From: Octopus bimaculoides
Taxonomy: Eukaryota
Assembly: GCF_001194135.2 (NCBI RefSeq)
Contig: NC_068989.1
Span: 50,225,012-50,265,521 of the forward strand
Direction of reading: 5' to 3'
DNA length: 40,510 bases
Positions 34,999 through 40,510 of the stretch are shown here, in pieces. A program made the position numbers and the translations under genes. The notes beneath the pieces were generated by a model. The model was not told the origin of the DNA and searched no databases. It saw only the letters and a program-made list of their open reading frames with translations. Positions within the stretch are counted from its first letter, which is position 1, and each line of letters starts with the position of its first letter.

Positions 34999-35204
34999 TC
35001 TTTTACTCCTTTTAGTCATTTGACTGCGACCATTTCTGGAGCACCGCCTGAAAGGGTTTTAGTTGAAGAAATCGACCGCAGGAATTATTCTTCATTGAAA
35101 GCCTAGTACTTATTCCATTCGCCAAACCGCTGGATTACGGGGACATGAACAAACCAGCATCGGTTGTCAAATGATGGTGAAGGTAACACCCCATATATAT
35201 ATAT
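34999..35204 (-). mobile_element. SINE type A 3' half running into a gap at its central (TA)n
   Basis: tagtcatttgactgcgaccatttctggagcaccgcc..gcctagtacttatt..gcatcggttgtcaa matches 3460-3620. Confidence 0.88.
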
Positions 35205-36469
35205 NNNNNNNNNNNNNNNNNNNNNNNNNNNNNNNNNNNNNNNNNNNNNNNNNNNNNNNNNNNNNNNNNNNNNNNNNNNNNNNNNNNNNNNNNNNNNNNN
35301 NNNNNNNNNNNNNNNNNNNNNNNNNNNNNNNNNNNNNNNNNNNNNNNNNNNNNNNNNNNNNNNNNNNNNNNNNNNNNNNNNNNNNNNNNNNNNNNNNNNN
35401 NNNNNNNNNNNNNNNNNNNNNNNNNNNNNNNNNNNNNNNNNNNNNNNNNNNNNNNNNNNNNNNNNNNNNNNNNNNNNNNNNNNNNNNNNNNNNNNNNNNN
35501 NNNNNNNNNNNNNNNNNNNNNNNNNNNNNNNNNNNNNNNNNNNNNNNNNNNNNNNNNNNNNNNNNNNNNNNNNNNNNNNNNNNNNNNNNNNNNNNNNNNN
35601 NNNNNNNNNNNNNNNNNNNNNNNNNNNNNNNNNNNNNNNNNNNNNNNNNNNNNNNNNNNNNNNNNNNNNNNNNNNNNNNNNNNNNNNNNNNNNNNNNNNN
35701 NNNNNNNNNNNNNNNNNNNNNNNNNAAACAGCATTAGATTTTACAAAATACGTGTATAAAATGTATGATGCATATACGCGTATATTGTACATCCAACCGT
35801 TTAATCTTGCCCTGATCTAATAGGAAGATTATGAATTTTGTGGAATAATACAGTCGCTCCCATATCACGTATATACATGGTTTTCAGTATATATATCTGG
35901 AAAGTTCTCCAAATATAGATGATTGAATAATCACGTTCTTGTTCCAGAGAATACCACCTTCAACGTTTCCCAGTAAATGATATGCTGCAAGGAAACAATT
36001 GTTTTTGCATAGGTCATTTTTATGCGTTCACTTCAGTAGCTAGTTTAGTAGAATTAGACAACCATTGCTTTGAGGAAACGAAAAACAAATGCCTTCAAGA
36101 GAAGTATTATATTTTGTGACATTTTTCTGAATATTCGATTTATATTCCTATTAATATATTATATTCCTATAAATATATATACGCACGGACGCCCCCCCCC
36201 CCACCATATATGTATATCTATGCTGTGCACGTATGTAAAGACCACAGAGTTAAACGTACACACATCAGATGGCAAGCCGCTGTTATGCACGATCTTGTCA
36301 GATCCAAGCACTAAGAGGTTAAATTCAATATTGAGAGCAAATATTTTCTTAAATGTTTACGCATCTTTTGACAAGCCCTTAAAAAGATTCACAACTCATA
36401 CTAGTTTAAAACTTGCCGATGAGATTCTCCTCTAAAGATAGTCTCTGGTAACTTGTGAAAGCAAGCAAA

Positions 36470-36482
36470 ATACACACACACA

Positions 36483-36555
<73 letters not shown>

Positions 36556-36655
36556 ATATGCACACACAAATACACGCACAAACGTGCACACACAAATACA
36601 CTCATACATACGCATACACAAATACACGCACAGAGAAACACACGTAGAAACACAA
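36470..36655. repeat. (CA)n microsatellite and decayed extension
   Basis: Directly visible. Confidence 0.93.
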
Positions 36656-37571
36656 ACAATAATTGTGAGTGACATTCATCATTATACAAGCGCAAATAAT
36701 CAAAGCACGAAAGTGATGTTTGAAATATTGTGCTTGAATAGCTAAATATAAAGGCATCCATCGATGTTCGCTCGTTGTCGATAGCAGCTCATATGTGTGT
36801 GTCTGTGTGTGTGGGTATGTATACTGAAGACGAGATACTTAGAGAGAGGGAGAGAGGAATAGAGAGGAGGAGAGAGAGACTATGGAGCGAGAGAAAAGGA
36901 AGGAAAAAGAGAGGGTGCAAGAAATAAGCTTTCACAGAGATTGGTCATGCGTGCAATAGTTCCAATACCTTGTTGGAGCTGATTTATTTCATACACAACG
37001 TTAGGGCTTTTGAGAACGGTAAAAATGTCACAAGGTTTTGTACTCTCTTTCCTTTATAAATATATGTCTTTGTGACAAAGTATGAAATCAATATATCTAT
37101 GACTGAAATGAATGTTATGCGGGGGAAATTACTGCATAAAGATGAGCAAAGTGGAAAATAAGTTTTCAATGAAAACCAAGGAGAAATGTTTATACTGATT
37201 CACATGGTGATCTTTATATACATCATGGTATATGGAGACTGATCCAACAGAAACTATAAATATTTTCGCAAATCTGATCTGTGTGATGGAAATAAAGAGA
37301 CTACATCTCTCTCTCTCTCTCTCTCTCTCTGTTATGAGCATTAATCCAACCAGTGAGTTTTCTGGATTGTCAATAATTTTCAGTTGCAAAGACGTACGTA
37401 GATTCGCACAAAAGATACGAAAGTAATATTATGTCCCAATTTAGAAAACAACAAAGGATTAGGAAAGCATAAGCAAAATAAGCAAAATGAAATAAAAAAA
37501 AAAGAAGGCGAAAATAAAGACAAATTCTTAAGATGTAGTAAAATACTTATATATATATATGCACATTTATA

Positions 37572-37721
37572 GGCGCAGGAGTGGCTGTGTGGTAAGCTAC
37601 TTACCAACCACATGGTTCTGGGTTCAGTCTCACTGTATGGCACCTTGGGCACTCGGCACTCGGGCCGACCAAACCCTTGGTAGACAGAAACTGAAAGAAG
37701 CCCGTCGTATGTATGTATATA
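37572..37721 (+). mobile_element. SINE type A 5' half, low divergence but with three short deletions
   Basis: ggcgcaggagtggctgtgtggtaag..accaaccacatggttctgggttcagtc..gcaccttgggca..gggccgaccaaa..gaaactgaaagaagcccgtcg, then a microsatellite and a gap. Confidence 0.9.
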
Positions 37722-38086
37722 NNNNNNNNNNNNNNNNNNNNNNNNNNNNNNNNNNNNNNNNNNNNNNNNNNNNNNNNNNNNNNNNNNNNNNNNNNNNNNN
37801 NNNNNNNNNNNNNNNNNNNNNNNNNNNNNNNNNNNNNNNNNNNNNNNNNNNNNNNNNNNNNNNNNNNNNNNNNNNNNNNNNNNNNNNNNNNNNNNNNNNN
37901 NNNNNNNNNNNNNNNNNNNNNNNNNNNNNNNNNNNNNNNNNNNNNNNNNNNNNNNNNNNNNNNNNNNNNNNNNNNNNNNNNNNNNNNNNNNNNNNNNNNN
38001 NNNNNNNNNNNNNNNNNNNNNNNNNNNNNNNNNNNNNNNNNNNNNNNNNNNNNNNNNNNNNNNNNNNNNNNNNNNNNNNNNNNNNN

Positions 38087-38204
38087 GTACATATGCATAC
38101 ATAAATGCATACGTGAGATGCATACATACACAAACAGATATAGGTGCATATATATATTTATATATGTATGTGTATACATATATACATATACGTATGTATG
38201 TGCG

Positions 38205-38236
<32 letters not shown>

Positions 38237-38240
38237 CATA

Positions 38241-38291
<51 letters not shown>

Positions 38292-38310
38292 ATATGTATG
38301 TATAGATACT
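38087..38310. repeat. (TA)n/(TATG)n block; further (CA)n at 38718-38790 and 40205-40295
   Basis: Directly visible. Confidence 0.9.
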
Positions 38311-38738
38311 TACATACGTCCCGGACACCCGAACGCTTGTGTATGATGTTTGGTGTTCTGGTATATATTCTGTTTTAACACTTTCATTTATATGTACGCC
38401 TATGGGCGTAGTATGACACACACATGTTTGCTTATAAAAACACAGTCCTCATATTTCACAGGCGCAAAAAACAAACACACACATACAAGCACGCACACAC
38501 CCACACACACAATTACACACACACATACACGCACACACATGGGCACACATGCATACAATTGTATATATACATTTATTTCTTATTACTATTGCAAATGGAT
38601 CAATGATGATGAAAAATAAAGAAAACTAACATAAAAATTTAATAATCCGTGTACCTTCATTCATATTTTCACCTCTCTCCCTCTCTTTACTTTCTTTGTA
38701 CGTATATATTGCTATTTATACACACACACACACACACA

Positions 38739-38771
<33 letters not shown>

Positions 38772-38998
38772 CCACACACCCACACATACACATATTATGT
38801 TCATATATATACGTACATAGACACGAACATACTCATATAAGCACGTACATTTTCATATACACGTACGTACATAATACGAATTTTTATGAATTTTTACAGA
38901 GAATGGTTCAGGATTTAGGGTATGTATATACATGTGAGGATGTGGGTGTGTGCGTGCGTTTGTATGTGTGTGTGTGTGTGGATCAGGTTTACCACTGT

Positions 38999-39088
38999 GG
39001 TTATTATTATCCTTATTACCATTATAATTATTATTATTGTTATTACTATTAGCATTATTATTATTATTATCAGCAGCATCATCGTCAG
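38999..39088. repeat. (TAT)n trinucleotide repeat grading into CAG/CAT
   Basis: Directly visible. Confidence 0.88.
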
Positions 39089-39149
39089 CATGAGAATAAG
39101 ATTGTGTATTAATCTCTTTTCCTTTGTGTGTATGCATATATAAATATTT

Positions 39150-39202
<53 letters not shown>

Positions 39203-40510
39203 NNNNNNNNNNNNNNNNNNNNNNNNNNNNNNNNNNNNNNNNNNNNNNNNNNNNNNNNNNNNNNNNNNNNNNNNNNNNNNNNNNNNNNNNNNNNNNNNNN
39301 NNNNNNNNNNNNNNNNNNNNNNNNNNNNNNNNNNNNNNNNNNNNNNNNNNNNNNNNNNNNNNNNNNNNNNNNNNNNNNNNNNNNNNNNNNNNNNNNNNNN
39401 NNNNNNNNNNNNNNNNNNNNNNNNNNNNNNNNNNNNNNNNNNNNNNNNNNNNNNNNNNNNNNNNNNNNNNNNNNNNNNNNNNNNNNNNNNNNNNNNNNNN
39501 NNNNNNNNNNNNNNNNNNNNNNNNNNNNNNNNNNNNNNNNNNNNNNNNNNNNNNNNNNNNNNNNNNNNNNNNNNNNNNNNNNNNNNNNNNNNNNNNNNNN
39601 NNNNNNNNNNNNNNNNNNNNNNNNNNNNNNNNNNNNNNNNNNNNNNNNNNNNNNNNNNNNNNNNNNNNNNNNNNNNNNNNNNNNNNNNNNNNNNNNNNNN
39701 NNNNNNNNNNNNNNNNNNNNNNNNNNNNNNNNNNNNNNNNNNNNNNNNNNNNNNNNNNNNNNNNNNNNNNNNNNNNNNNNNNNNNNNNNNNNNNNNNNNN
39801 NNNNNNNNNNNNNNNNNNNNNNNNNNNNNNNNNNNNNNNNNNNNNNNNNNNNNNNNNNNNNNNNNNNNNNNNNNNNNNNNNNNNNNNNTGTTTCTTCTGC
39901 AATTCATATATAGAAACTAAACGAAAAAGCGTAGAGTTGCTTGAGAAGAAAACTTCTTTTTCTAAATCAAGCCATGGAAAAAGACTCAACAGAAATCATA
40001 AACAGATAAAGTAAAAATAATAGTAACGCAACATTCAGTAAATTACTTGTTTTTTCTGGTATTTTACATTATGTCTTTATCTCCGTATTTTACTACAAAT
40101 AATCGCTCGTATTTTTATTACGTATAAGTTATTTCGAAGCATTTCTCTTCTTCCTTTGTAGCTTTTAACACACATACCTATGAATGCACGTAAATGTCAA
40201 TGTTTAAAAGCTTATATATGCACACACATATTTACACACACATACACATACGCACGCGCGCAAACAACACACACTCACTCACTCACACACACACAGAAAC
40301 ATGTGTCCATAATTATATTTACGTGCATACATACTTAACTATCAGTCTATATGTTTTACTATTTCTTTTCTCCTCTGTATACGCCAGGACACACGCATAT
40401 TTGTGTGAGAGTGCGAGTACATATATATGCGGGTATGTATATAAACATACATTCATACTACATGCATACATACATCCATATATATATATATATATGTATG
40501 TATATATATA

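Noticed and set aside
4-40014. Long ORFs in the supplied track (e.g. 12422-13573, 33166-34503, 38853-39989) and the YI/HT/VC/MYVC-rich ORFs
   Set aside because: They are translations of N-runs and of di- or tetranucleotide microsatellites, not genes.
1-40510. CRISPR arrays, operons, prokaryotic defence or retron-type systems
   Set aside because: The DNA is eukaryotic repeat-rich sequence. The 37-bp array has no unique spacers, and the only RT sequences are ordinary LINE fragments.

Overview
AT-rich, repeat-dense animal genomic DNA, either intronic or intergenic. There are 12 assembly gaps totalling about 4.5 kb, and most abut dinucleotide microsatellites. The SINE families and the extreme (TA)/(CA)/(TATG) load resemble coleoid cephalopod (Octopus-like) DNA; this is inferred from recognition and was not searched. 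No intact, recognisable protein-coding gene is present, and almost all long ORFs in the track are artefacts of N-runs or microsatellites. What can be supported: (i) an internally deleted Helitron with Rep-linker and PIF1 helicase remnants; (ii) four IS630-Tc1-mariner remnants, one a 519-bp element with both TIRs; (iii) CR1-group and RTE LINE fragments; (iv) more than 15 copies or fragments of three tRNA-derived SINE types (my working labels A, B, C) that swap heads and tails; (v) a 72-nt tRNA-like cloverleaf with a GGT anticodon; (vi) a 37-bp minisatellite split by a SINE. Weaker signals are possible small host-gene exons, a recursive-splice-like site and a unique hairpin/homeobox-site island. 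I found no convincing new multi-gene system. The most testable oddities are the tRNA(GGT)-like locus, the shared LINE/SINE 3' tail and the candidate exon chain.
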